Made by a program: the position numbers and the translations under genes. The notes under the pieces were generated by a model. It had not been told where the DNA came from. It was given only the letters and a program-made list of their open reading frames with translations, and searched no databases. A stretch of 64,000 nucleotides of DNA, taken from the NCBI GenBank assembly GCA_050012755.1, contig JBEKGO010000022.1:14885-78884 (forward strand), written 5' to 3'. Source of the DNA: Candidatus Bathyarchaeia archaeon (GTDB taxonomy: Archaea; Thermoproteota; Bathyarchaeia; Bathyarchaeales; Bathycorpusculaceae). Of this stretch, positions 38,215-47,624 are shown in pieces. The stretch's first letter is position 1; every line of letters begins with the position of its first letter.

Positions 38215-38509
38215 GGAACCACCTCCTAAATCGGCTTAATTGTTTGGGGAATAGGTTACCAAGAAGATGAATAGCTTGCATGCCGGTTAAGTCTAAATCA
38301 ATTTGAATTCGGTAATGGAACTTTCCTAAGCGTTTAGTTTTGGTTTTGTAATTTCCTATCTTGCCTGATTCTTTGAATCGGTGAAGCTGCTGATTCACTA
38401 CTACAGTAATTGCCGTTGGAGCCAGAGGTTCAAAAACAAAAACAACTTTTGAAAAAACGCGTATGGCACTACTGATTAGCGCTTCAGTTACGGACTCTTC
38501 CTCTGTCAT
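38207..38509 (-). CDS. Hypothetical protein
   Basis: 100-aa ORF with an upstream purine-rich SD-like element, coupled to the 50-aa ORF. Confidence 0.6.
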   Translation of the reverse strand: MTEEESVTEALISSAIRVFSKVVFVFEPLAPTAITVVVNQQLHRFKESGKIGNYKTKTKRLGKFHYRIQIDLDLTGMQAIHLLGNLFPKQLSRFRRWFHD

Positions 38510-38643
38510 TTTTTACCCTTCAGAAATCTTCAGAATTCTTGTTTTCGCTCCTATAGAAGGGAGCCTGAACTTAATAATAAGAATAACGGAGCCATTTTTT
38601 TAAGGTTGTGTGACTGTCAATACCCAACGACGAGGCGATTGGT

Positions 38644-39153
38644 TTGGCACTTGAAGATTTGAATTTCCAAATTTATGGTTGCAAAAAATGTAGGCTTTGG
38701 CAGGGAGCGAAGCACGGGGTACCCGGAGAAGGACCACTAAACGCTAAGGTTATGCTCATAGGGCAGAACCCAGGAGCTGACGAGGACGAAACAGGCAGAC
38801 CTTTTGTTGGCAGAGCTGGAAAATTCTTAACAAAAATCTTAGCTGAGAACGGCATAAAACGCGAAGACGTCTTCATCACCAATATTGTGAAACATGTTTC
38901 TCCAGAAAACCGGAAACCGTACCCTGATGAGGTAGCTGCATGCTTACCCTACTTGAACACACAAATCAGCATTATCAAACCAAAAATAATTGTACTGTTT
39001 GGTGAATCGGCAAAAGAAACCCCACGAATTGAAGGCGCCAAATATATCCAAATTATTCATCCTTCAGCTGCCATGCGCTTCACCAAAATGGGAGAAAAGT
39101 TTAGAGAGCAAATCACACAATTATCAAGTTTAATAAATGAAATGAAAACTTAG
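38644..39153 (+). CDS. Uracil-DNA glycosylase, family 4-like
   Basis: CKKCRL, GEG, GQNPGADEDETGRPFVGRAG, TNIVK, NRKP, HPSA. Confidence 0.9.
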   Translation: MALEDLNFQIYGCKKCRLWQGAKHGVPGEGPLNAKVMLIGQNPGADEDETGRPFVGRAGKFLTKILAENGIKREDVFITNIVKHVSPENRKPYPDEVAACLPYLNTQISIIKPKIIVLFGESAKETPRIEGAKYIQIIHPSAAMRFTKMGEKFREQITQLSSLINEMKT

Positions 39154-39195
39154 AGGTAATAAAAGCGGTAGCTATAAGCAAAACTTGGCCCGGGT

Positions 39196-39801
39196 TTATT
39201 TCATGGGTTGTCTTAGGATGGTTCTTAATTTTTCTGGCGCAGTTGTGGCGGGGTTATTTAGGTAGATTTCGTGGTGTTTGCCGCTTAGTGTGTGTCCACT
39301 GTTTTGGATGAAAGCATGTATTTTTGCTATGGTTGATCCTTCAGCCGAAAACGGTCCAACATACATTATTTGCGCAGCAAGTTCTTCATTGAAATTTTCA
39401 AATTGAACCTTAGGCAACGCAGGCAGATTCTTTTTCTTTTTTACCTGTTCAATCGCCAATCCAACGTCGTTAGCAGTAACGTACTTGGGCTGCATAATCA
39501 TGGCTGTCCACTTCCATTCATCTTTTCGGTCTGAGTTGAACTTTGTCATGTCATCGACCCACCATAAACCTTCTAGTGGCATAACCGAGAAATCAATGCC
39601 AATGTTTTTCTTAATCATAAATTTGAGTGTATAAGAAACACTAAATAACGCCTCAATAGCCTCGCTATATTGCGGTGATGTGGGTGCACCTTCGCCGTTA
39701 ACTAACAGATAATTCATTGCTGGAACATCAACAATGCTTACCTCTTTGGCGGATGGATTGTAGAGATGCTTTAATTCTTTTCTTAAGTCGATTTTCTCCA
39801 T
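39196..39801 (-). CDS. GyrI-like small-molecule-binding domain protein
   Basis: KIDLRKELKHLY, PLEGLWW, WKWTAMIMQP, HHEIYL, LRTILRQP. Confidence 0.9.
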   Translation of the reverse strand: MEKIDLRKELKHLYNPSAKEVSIVDVPAMNYLLVNGEGAPTSPQYSEAIEALFSVSYTLKFMIKKNIGIDFSVMPLEGLWWVDDMTKFNSDRKDEWKWTAMIMQPKYVTANDVGLAIEQVKKKKNLPALPKVQFENFNEELAAQIMYVGPFSAEGSTIAKIHAFIQNSGHTLSGKHHEIYLNNPATTAPEKLRTILRQPMK

Positions 39802-40019
39802 TAACCTTCAACCTTTAAACACTAATCTGAATCCTGTTTTGTTTCTTTGGCAATAAAATAATTACGGTCTCAAGTGGAAAGAGAACGCAATAGCCAAAGA
39901 GTGCTCAACCTCTGGAATTCAATTTAAACAGTCTTAGAAGCATTTCATTCGGTTTAATGAATCCATTTTGGATTTTGAAACTCTTATATATTTCAGATGA
40001 TAATTGACTGTTGAATATC

Positions 40020-40328
40020 ATGGCTGAAGTTTGTTCAACATGTGGGCTTCCTAAGGACTTATGCGTTTGTGGAGAAATAGAGAAAGAGCAACAGCGAATC
40101 CGCGTTAGACTTGAAACACGAAAATTTGGCAGACCAAGCACTGTAATCGACGGTATGGAAGATAAAAACATCAACTTGGCAAGCATTGCACAAAAACTCA
40201 AGACATATTGCGCATGCGGAGGAACCAGCAAAAACGGTCAAATTATGTTGCAGGGAGATCATCGGGACAGAGTTCGTGATTTCTTAATCAAATTGGGTTA
40301 TCCAACAGAAAACATCGAAGTACAGTAA
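40020..40328 (+). CDS. Translation initiation factor aIF1 (SUI1/YciH)
   Basis: CSTCGLPKDLCVC, LKTYCACGGT, LQGDHR. Confidence 0.95.
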   Translation: MAEVCSTCGLPKDLCVCGEIEKEQQRIRVRLETRKFGRPSTVIDGMEDKNINLASIAQKLKTYCACGGTSKNGQIMLQGDHRDRVRDFLIKLGYPTENIEVQ

Positions 40329-40358
40329 GCCCAGTCAAAAGATAGAGATGCATACATC

Positions 40359-40580
40359 ATGAAAAAAATAGATGATATACGTGAAGTTTTCAAAGCAGCG
40401 AAGCATCAAAAACCCACACAGATTTTCTGTCCAAGATGTTGCAGCCCAAAAATTCGCCTAACAACCAGTTTAGCTATTTGGTTAACTCCTAAACAATATT
40501 ACTGTGAAGATTGCCACTACGTCGGCATTGTTGTTATGGAACTTGAAAAAGAAAAAGAAGAAAATAATACGCCTAAATAG
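40359..40580 (+). CDS. Small zinc-ribbon protein
   Basis: CPRCCS...YYCEDCHYVG. Confidence 0.75.
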   Translation: MKKIDDIREVFKAAKHQKPTQIFCPRCCSPKIRLTTSLAIWLTPKQYYCEDCHYVGIVVMELEKEKEENNTPK

Positions 40581-40588
40581 AAAAAGCC

Positions 40589-41527
40589 TTAATCAGGCAA
40601 CTCAAGGTTTAATTGTTTTTTAAGTGTCTTGTAGCGATTGCGCACTGTTACTTCTGTTACGCCAGCAGCTTCAGCGATGTCTTTCTGAGTCTTTTTCTCG
40701 CCATTCTGCAAACAAGCAATGTAGAGGGCAGCAGCAGCTAATCCCATGGGGTCTTTTCCGGCAGCAGCACGTTTACGTCTTGCTTCCCTAAGAATTTGGA
40801 TGGCTGCACCTTGAGTTTTTCCTGAAATCCCGGTTTTCTCTGCAATTTTGGATACGTAAGTCAACGGGTCAGCGATGGGCATATGCACATCAAGTTCGCG
40901 TAACAGTAGCCTGTAGCATCTTGCAACGTCTTTTTTGTCAACGAGACTGGCTTCAGCTATTTCCCGTAGTGTGCGTGGTGTTCCGCTTCCGCGGCAAGCT
41001 GCATAAAGCGCAGCAGCAGCGATAGCAGCGATTGATCTTCCGCGAACTAAACCTTTGTCCAATGCTTTACGATAAACAACAGCGGCTTTCTCTTTAATTG
41101 GCGGAGGAATGTAGACCTTGTCTGAAAGACGGTCAAGTTCCGCCATGGCTTGAGCCAAATTGCGGTCAATAGATGAGTGGACTCTACTGCGTATTTGCCA
41201 TTTCCTAAGGCGCCACATTTGAAGTCGTGTGGACAGGGGCAGTTTTCTTCCGAATGCATCTCGGTCGACTTGGCTAATGGCTGTAGATAATCCTTTGTCA
41301 TGAACTGAGTAGGAGGTTGGAACACCAACTCGGCTTCTTGACGCTTTCTCTTCTTGAGTGAACGCACGCCATTCTGGTCCTTTGTCCATCATTTGCTCGT
41401 ATAGGACCAAGCCACAGTCGCCGCATACGGTTTCGCCTGTGTCATAATCGTGAACTAAATTTTCGCTGCCGCACTCTGCACACTTATCGGATAAGCGCGC
41501 CTGTGTTTTAACTTCTTTTTTGCTCAA
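40589..41527 (-). CDS. tfb: Transcription initiation factor IIB
   Basis: CAECGS...CGDCG ribbon, GPEWRAF, two cyclin repeats, GVTEVTVRNRYK. Confidence 0.98.
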   Translation of the reverse strand: MSKKEVKTQARLSDKCAECGSENLVHDYDTGETVCGDCGLVLYEQMMDKGPEWRAFTQEEKASRSRVGVPTSYSVHDKGLSTAISQVDRDAFGRKLPLSTRLQMWRLRKWQIRSRVHSSIDRNLAQAMAELDRLSDKVYIPPPIKEKAAVVYRKALDKGLVRGRSIAAIAAAALYAACRGSGTPRTLREIAEASLVDKKDVARCYRLLLRELDVHMPIADPLTYVSKIAEKTGISGKTQGAAIQILREARRKRAAAGKDPMGLAAAALYIACLQNGEKKTQKDIAEAAGVTEVTVRNRYKTLKKQLNLELPD

Positions 41528-41998
41528 ATTTTTCTCTCCATTTCAACATGCGCAGAACCGTCACCATATCCATTTTGGGAGAAATAGTACATTCGGCCCG
41601 CGTAAACTAAGCTGATGAACGTCACTACTATTTAAGTTTTGTGGTCTTAATAAAGTTATTGCACACAATACTTTCGATTTATCCACCACAAGTCAAATGG
41701 ACTAATGGGAAATAGCATAAGAAATTGCTTAAGCGCGGGCAAGGCCTATGACGAGAATATCCACAAAGAAGAGTCGGCATTCTACAGTCATAAGCGAATT
41801 CTCAATCGCCCATAATCCTCCAGCCAATATGATTGCATTTTTTGTTTTCCAGTGACTTATTCTCTAAAGGTACAATTTAGAATTAATTGATTAAATAAGA
41901 CGTTTTTGTTTTTTTGATGGACATTATTATGCCGGTGCAAGAACGCTTATTAGATAAAAAATTGTCCTTAGATTTAGCATAAAGTCAAAAAACGTTGA

Positions 41999-42071
41999 AG
42001 CCCGGTGGTGTAGTGGTCAAGCATAGAGGGCTTTGGACCCTCCGACGAGAGTTCGAATCTCTCCCGGGCTA
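41999..42071 (+). tRNA. tRNA-Gln (TTG)
   Basis: AGCCCGG/CCGGGCT acceptor stem, GAGGG-CTTTGGA-CCCTC anticodon arm, GAGAG-TTCGAAT-CTCTC T arm; no intron, CCA not encoded. Confidence 0.96.
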
Positions 42072-42632
42072 CTAGGTAAAGACGCAGCGCTGTCTATTCA
42101 AGAAAGGGTAAAAACTCGATTTGGGAAAAGCCAAAGGCTTTACACCTAAATAGGTAGCTTTATTCTACGATTCAAAAAATAGTTTCCAGAACAAGCTCGA
42201 CTTTTTACGCAGCTTTGTCCCGACATTACATATTGAAATACGCATTGCACCGCTAATCATGTCTAGTCAATTACGCCAATGTTTTCAGCTATTTCTTGGT
42301 TCAGAATCGAACAAATAATATTGAAGAGTAAGTATGAGGCTATTTTACCCAAGCAGACTTATGCATACGCGTTTGCGCAGACGAAGCCTCTAGCACTTCC
42401 AGGATTTCCTATTTTGATACCGTTTAGGAAGAGCCAAACCAGAAGTTAAAGCCATTCTTTGTAGGAGAGTCTACTAATACAGGAGTATTTCAGATTTGAG
42501 ACTTGTTAGCGCAGAGCGAAAGACACTCTTACTAGCATCTGCAAGAGTTGGGGGTACGAGGTTTGTTTTTTCCCATCGACTAAAGTCTCTATTCTTCGAA
42601 TATGCAAAAGCATAAAAGGAGAGCTGGTCAAA

Positions 42633-43715
42633 ATGAATCCTCACATTACAAGGGGGTCATCATACACGAAAGGCAAAAAGGTTCTCGTAACTGGAGGAGC
42701 TTCTTTCATAAGCAGCCACTTGGTAGATACACTTCTCAAGGGAGGGGCTGAAATTTTGGTTGCTGACGATTTTTCTAGCGGGAAACTTGAAAATTTGAAT
42801 TATCCTTTCATCAGTAAGTCTTCGGACAAATGGGAGTTTGATCGTCTGACCGTCTGCAAGGGTGACTTGAAAGACAGGGAATTTACAAGGCGGATGGTCA
42901 AGGGTGTGGATGTCGTGTTTCATCTTGCTGCGCTCCATGGAGGAAGAGGATATATCGATACTCACCCCGCTGAATGCTGTTCAAACATGATTTTGGATCA
43001 ATTGGTTTTTGAAGAATCATGCAAAGCTGGAGTAAAGAAGATTTGTTTTGCAAGTTCAGCTTGCGTTTATCCTTCTTTTCTTCAGGGGGAAATAGGATCC
43101 AACTATCTGCTTAAGGAAACAGACGCAGATCCGTTTGTAAGAGACAAGGCATTTGCCGATCTAGAGTATGGGTGGGCTAAGTTCATGGGTGAAATGGCAC
43201 TAAAGGCATACCATAGAGAGTACGGACTGAAAACGGCAGCCGTACGGATTTTCACGGCGTATGGACCTAGAGAAAATGAAACGCATGCGATAGTCGCTCT
43301 AATTGCCAAAGCTTTCATCAAAATGGACCCTTACGTTATTTGGGGCAATGGAGAGCAAGATCGAAACTTCACTTATGTACAGGATATCGTTGATGCTTTG
43401 GTGGCTGCTTCAGAAAAAATTGAGGATGGTTCAGCAGTAAATGCTGGGCGCAGCGACCGTCTAACAATTAATGAGGCTATGAATTTGGTGTTTGATCTGG
43501 TGGGTTGGAAACCTAAACAGATTGAACGTGACTTAAGCAAGCCCCAAGGTGTGGCATCACGAGCCGCAGATTTAACCGAAGCAAATAGGGTCATAGATTG
43601 GGCGCCGAAAGTCACGTACAGAGAAGGCTTTAAGAAAACCATAGACTGGTACTTCGCAAACCACAGCATTGAAGCAGTCAAGAAAAATTTGGAGAAACTG
43701 CTTTTGGAGCGGTAA
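42633..43715 (+). CDS. NAD-dependent nucleotide-sugar epimerase/dehydratase
   Basis: TGGASFISSHL, HLAA, SSACVY, YGWAK (YxxxK), YGPRE. Confidence 0.92.
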   Translation: MNPHITRGSSYTKGKKVLVTGGASFISSHLVDTLLKGGAEILVADDFSSGKLENLNYPFISKSSDKWEFDRLTVCKGDLKDREFTRRMVKGVDVVFHLAALHGGRGYIDTHPAECCSNMILDQLVFEESCKAGVKKICFASSACVYPSFLQGEIGSNYLLKETDADPFVRDKAFADLEYGWAKFMGEMALKAYHREYGLKTAAVRIFTAYGPRENETHAIVALIAKAFIKMDPYVIWGNGEQDRNFTYVQDIVDALVAASEKIEDGSAVNAGRSDRLTINEAMNLVFDLVGWKPKQIERDLSKPQGVASRAADLTEANRVIDWAPKVTYREGFKKTIDWYFANHSIEAVKKNLEKLLLER

Positions 43716-43754
43716 ACCCCGGATTCACAACAATAGATCAAGGAAAGGGAAAGA

Positions 43755-44540
43755 ATGAACGTGCAAGTTGACCGCAAGCCCGATGAGATCGAGAACCCTG
43801 TTTCAGAAATGCATTGTCGAATAGCGGTGATAATGCCTGTTTATAATGAGGCAGACATAATAAAAAATACGGTCAGAGAATTCTACAGGAAAGTAGTTGA
43901 CAAAATGGGCAATGTTGACATATGGGTTTTCGAGGATGGAAGTACAGACGGAACCCGGAAGGCTTTGGAAGAATTAGAAGTTGAGTTCCCGCTTTTCCAT
44001 GCTGAGATGACAGCGAAAAGGAAAGGCTATCCTCGAGCTATGAAAGAAGCCTTTCTCAACATCAACTCAAGCGACTATGATTACGTGGTAGCAGTGGATT
44101 CCGATGGACAATATGAACCAGACGACTTCTTCAAGCTATGGAGCATCATGCAACGTGACTCGCCAGATATAGTAATGGGAAGACGAATGACTCGGCGGGA
44201 GCCTGCCTATCGCCGTATGCTTTCCCGTGGGCTGCAGCTTTTGGAGAGAATAATGTTTCCTATAAAGTGTAGGGATGTTACGAGTGTCATGAGGCTTATG
44301 AAAGTTGAACTTGCACATGAAATAGCTGGAGAGGTTAAGTATTCTCCTTATAATTTTTGGCTGGAGTTCACCGCGAGAATGTCTTTGAACGGTTACAGTA
44401 TTGTGGAGATTCCGATTGTATATCGAGAGCGGGCGGGTGGAAGCAGAGTTTACAGTGCAAAGAAGATGCCCACGGTTATCCTATCAGAGTTTCGCGCTCT
44501 AAGAGCCGTAAGAAGAGAACAAGCGAATCATAAGCGATAA
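43755..44540 (+). CDS. GT2 glycosyltransferase (polyprenol-phosphate type)
   Basis: VIMPVYNE, EDGSTDGT, DSDGQY, RAGGS. Confidence 0.9.
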   Translation: MNVQVDRKPDEIENPVSEMHCRIAVIMPVYNEADIIKNTVREFYRKVVDKMGNVDIWVFEDGSTDGTRKALEELEVEFPLFHAEMTAKRKGYPRAMKEAFLNINSSDYDYVVAVDSDGQYEPDDFFKLWSIMQRDSPDIVMGRRMTRREPAYRRMLSRGLQLLERIMFPIKCRDVTSVMRLMKVELAHEIAGEVKYSPYNFWLEFTARMSLNGYSIVEIPIVYRERAGGSRVYSAKKMPTVILSEFRALRAVRREQANHKR

Positions 44541-44760
44541 AATTCTTTTTATTAAAAAAGGAAAACACATAACAACTTGAGAAAATACCTCTATTCCATT
44601 TTTTGGGCTCAAAACTATTCTATTTTCAAAAATAGCTTGAAAATAACTAAAAAAAAAGGCAGTTTTAGATTAACGATAATGCATGGCAAGAGGTGTGGAT
44701 AGAAAACCATTTAAGCAAATTGAACAGAATGAGACACTCAGATTAAAGGAGCAAAATAAA

Positions 44761-45591
44761 TTGAAAAAAATGAAAATTGCAATAATTTGCGCATTAACAA
44801 TTGCTATTATGGCATTCGCAGGAACAGCATCAGCTTACAACGCTGCCTACACAGCCACGTGTTACCTTTTGTCCAATCCGCCAACTATCGATGGAAAATG
44901 GACTGGAACAGAATGGAGTGAGACTGGAACGAACACTTTCGGAACGAACGGTGTTTGGGCAACGGGATGGACTGTGTCACCCACTGTCTACGCATGCTTC
45001 ATTATTGAAACCGCGGACAACACTAACGATCCAGGCGATTACTGGGTAATCACCTTTGACGGAACCGCCGCTGGAACAACCACAGAGCCTAACGGAGGAA
45101 CAGCACCCCAAACCGACGACTTCAAACTAGTTGTCACAGGACATGATTCGCCTACTGTGCAATGGTACCAAGGAACAGGCTCGGCTTGGAAAACAGTTGC
45201 TACGCCATCAGCATGGACTTCCGCCGTCTTCTCAGAGGCACAATCATTAAGTTCATCACCGCAGATTAGCGCACCACACTACATATTGGAATTTTACTTT
45301 GACAAGACAGACACGTCATTCGGTCAAACTATCGTGGGCTATGATTGGGCGAGTTACGTTGCCTACTACGACGCACATGCAGGCGGAAATGGACTTCAAT
45401 CCTGGCCTCCAGCACCTGCTAACGATACGGACCCAGACAGTTGGGGATATGTGCCATACCAATATGCCGCAATTCCTGAAACACCAAACATCGGCATAGT
45501 TATAGCATTGTCTTCCGTTGCAGTCGTGGCTGGATCAGTAATCTTTAGCAAGCGACCGCTTACAAAACTAGCGAAGAAACACAGCCTGTAA
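44761..45591 (+). CDS. Secreted surface protein with C-terminal IPE-TM-basic sorting signal
   Basis: TTG start after AAGGAG; signal peptide; PTIDGKW...EW DOMON-like start; ends AIPETPNIGIVIALSSVAVVAGSVIFSKRPLTKLAKK. Confidence 0.82.
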   Translation: MKKMKIAIICALTIAIMAFAGTASAYNAAYTATCYLLSNPPTIDGKWTGTEWSETGTNTFGTNGVWATGWTVSPTVYACFIIETADNTNDPGDYWVITFDGTAAGTTTEPNGGTAPQTDDFKLVVTGHDSPTVQWYQGTGSAWKTVATPSAWTSAVFSEAQSLSSSPQISAPHYILEFYFDKTDTSFGQTIVGYDWASYVAYYDAHAGGNGLQSWPPAPANDTDPDSWGYVPYQYAAIPETPNIGIVIALSSVAVVAGSVIFSKRPLTKLAKKHSL

Positions 45592-45642
45592 ACAAAAAAC
45601 TTTCTTCTTTTTTTTTCATTTTTAGCATTATTTAAGACCATT

Positions 45643-46224
45643 CTATAATGCCACTTCTGAGATCACCCTTTCCGCTACTGGGATGGGAGGCAATTTATCT
45701 TTTTTTCTTTCCAAACGAGAACTTATTTTCTTAAAACCGTCCCTCGCCTTTTCTACTAAAGTGAACCTTTCAATGCAGACGATCAGTACGATAAATGAAC
45801 AAATCCAGGTAAAACCGAATAGTTCTCTATATGTATTGTGAAATATCATGCCTACAACGAAAAAAGTCCCGAAAAGTCCAATAACAAAATAAAGCAAATT
45901 ACGGAAACCCGAAGTTTTTGTTCTCTTAAAATAAAGAAGAATAATCAAAACATATAATAGTAAACTGTAGATCCCTGCACAGGCCCAAACTATTGCGAGA
46001 CCTGCTCCCTTATTGCCCATACCAACTGTTAAGCTTGGCATTAAAGAACCACCAGTATGAACGGGATACGTCAACATCACTCTGTATCCAAAAAGGTCAA
46101 ATACAGTGCAAAGAAGACGCCGTCGGTTGTCCTGTCGGAGTTTCATGCGCTGAGAGCTGTGAGGCAAGAGCAGATAAAAGGCAAGTGAGAAAGCATACTT
46201 CACTTCGCGGCAATTCCTTTGCAT
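45643..46224 (-). pseudogene. Truncated, internally deleted second exosortase/archaeosortase copy
   Basis: Aligns to the C-terminal half of 46257-47366 (WACAG, FHNTY) but lacks the segment containing the catalytic Arg and the N-terminal half. Confidence 0.8.
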
Positions 46225-46256
46225 TTTCCAACCAAAAATCCAGACGATAACCGCGC

Positions 46257-47366
46257 TTAGCCTGGCAAACTCTCACCATTTGTTGTTCCAAATCGAGAGC
46301 TTATTTTTCTGAAACCCTCTCTTGTCCTTTCCACCAGCATGAATCGCTCAATACAGACGATTAGGATGATGAACACGAAGACCCATGTGAAACCGAACAA
46401 TTCTCCGTATGTGTTGTGGAAGAACATTCCAGCTTTATATCCGCTCTGCAAAGAAATAACGAAGATTGTGTAGACTCGGAGGACGGCGGAGCAAAATGTT
46501 CCGAAAAGACCTATGACAAAGTATGACAGCTTTCTGAATCCTGAAATGTTTGTTCTCTTAAAGAAAACCAGAATTATCAGCAGGTAAAGCAGCAAACTGT
46601 AGACTCCCGCGCAAGCCCACGAGATTGAGTATTCTGCAACTCTTCCTCCAGCGCTAACCATCAAACTGGGAAGCAACGATGGCCCCAAATGCACCGGATA
46701 AGTCATCGTCACGCTGTAGCCTAAAGCATCGAAAAGGGCAGCGGCACTGGCGGTTATGGGAAGAGCAACTTCTTGGAGCGGTCGAAAAACGCCAAAAGGG
46801 TAGACGGTGTCAAGCATGTACGCAACGCTGATTGCTCCTAGCAGAGAAAGGGAAATCGAGAATATCTTCAACCCTTTTGTTTTGTAAGCCAAGATGATAG
46901 CGGCTAAAAAGGCTACGAAGAAAACCATGTATTCCACCGACAATGGCCATTGAAGATGCAGAAAATCCGATGGCTGATTGTTAGCTGCCACGCTTATGAT
47001 GCCGAGGCTATGGCCCACTTTCATTATTGACAGGTCTAATCCAAAAAAATTGGTTGCCAAGACATAAATCGTCGGAATCAAGGCACAGACGAGAGATGCG
47101 ACAACCAAGTTTCTGTTTCTCGGTTTCTTTTTTACGAGTTCATTCCAGCCGATTGCAGATTCGATCAGTAGGAACCACGCGAAAAAAAGATAGAATAGTC
47201 TGCCTTTCCACGTTACGTCGAAGCTGAAGGTCTGGGTGAAATACGTGTTCGTCCAATGTACGAATGTGTTGGTTACGCCGTCATAGCGGTAATTGAATCC
47301 TTGAAGGTGGTAAAAGTCAAGAAATATCAAAAGCACAATGGGCAGACCTATGCATATCATTAACAC
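46257..47366 (-). CDS. Exosortase/archaeosortase (thaumarchaeosortase-like)
   Basis: Polytopic; WKGRLFYLFF, WACAG (Cys), VLRVY (Arg), FHNTYGE (His). Confidence 0.85.
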   Translation of the reverse strand: MLMICIGLPIVLLIFLDFYHLQGFNYRYDGVTNTFVHWTNTYFTQTFSFDVTWKGRLFYLFFAWFLLIESAIGWNELVKKKPRNRNLVVASLVCALIPTIYVLATNFFGLDLSIMKVGHSLGIISVAANNQPSDFLHLQWPLSVEYMVFFVAFLAAIILAYKTKGLKIFSISLSLLGAISVAYMLDTVYPFGVFRPLQEVALPITASAAALFDALGYSVTMTYPVHLGPSLLPSLMVSAGGRVAEYSISWACAGVYSLLLYLLIILVFFKRTNISGFRKLSYFVIGLFGTFCSAVLRVYTIFVISLQSGYKAGMFFHNTYGELFGFTWVFVFIILIVCIERFMLVERTREGFRKISSRFGTTNGESLPG

Positions 47367-47624
47367 GATGTGGAACCAGTATTTTTTGAAGTCTATCGAA
47401 CCCCATCCCTCGCTTGTTTATAACCCATTTGGGTGCACCACTGTCTTTTAGGTTTTTGCCAAAGAAAACCCAAAAAGTCAACTTTGCCTATTTGAGCAAA
47501 GTTTGGAAATTCAGGTGCATCTGGCACGTGATTTTGGTAAGTGTTTTAATACATCCTGCAATAATAATGGGAAACACATTTACAACAGATTCAAGTCAAC
47601 GGTAAACTGATTTCGGGATACAAA

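Noticed and set aside
41528-41640. Long tfb leader as a riboswitch or sRNA
   Set aside because: No recognisable family motif or convincing stem could be established by eye.
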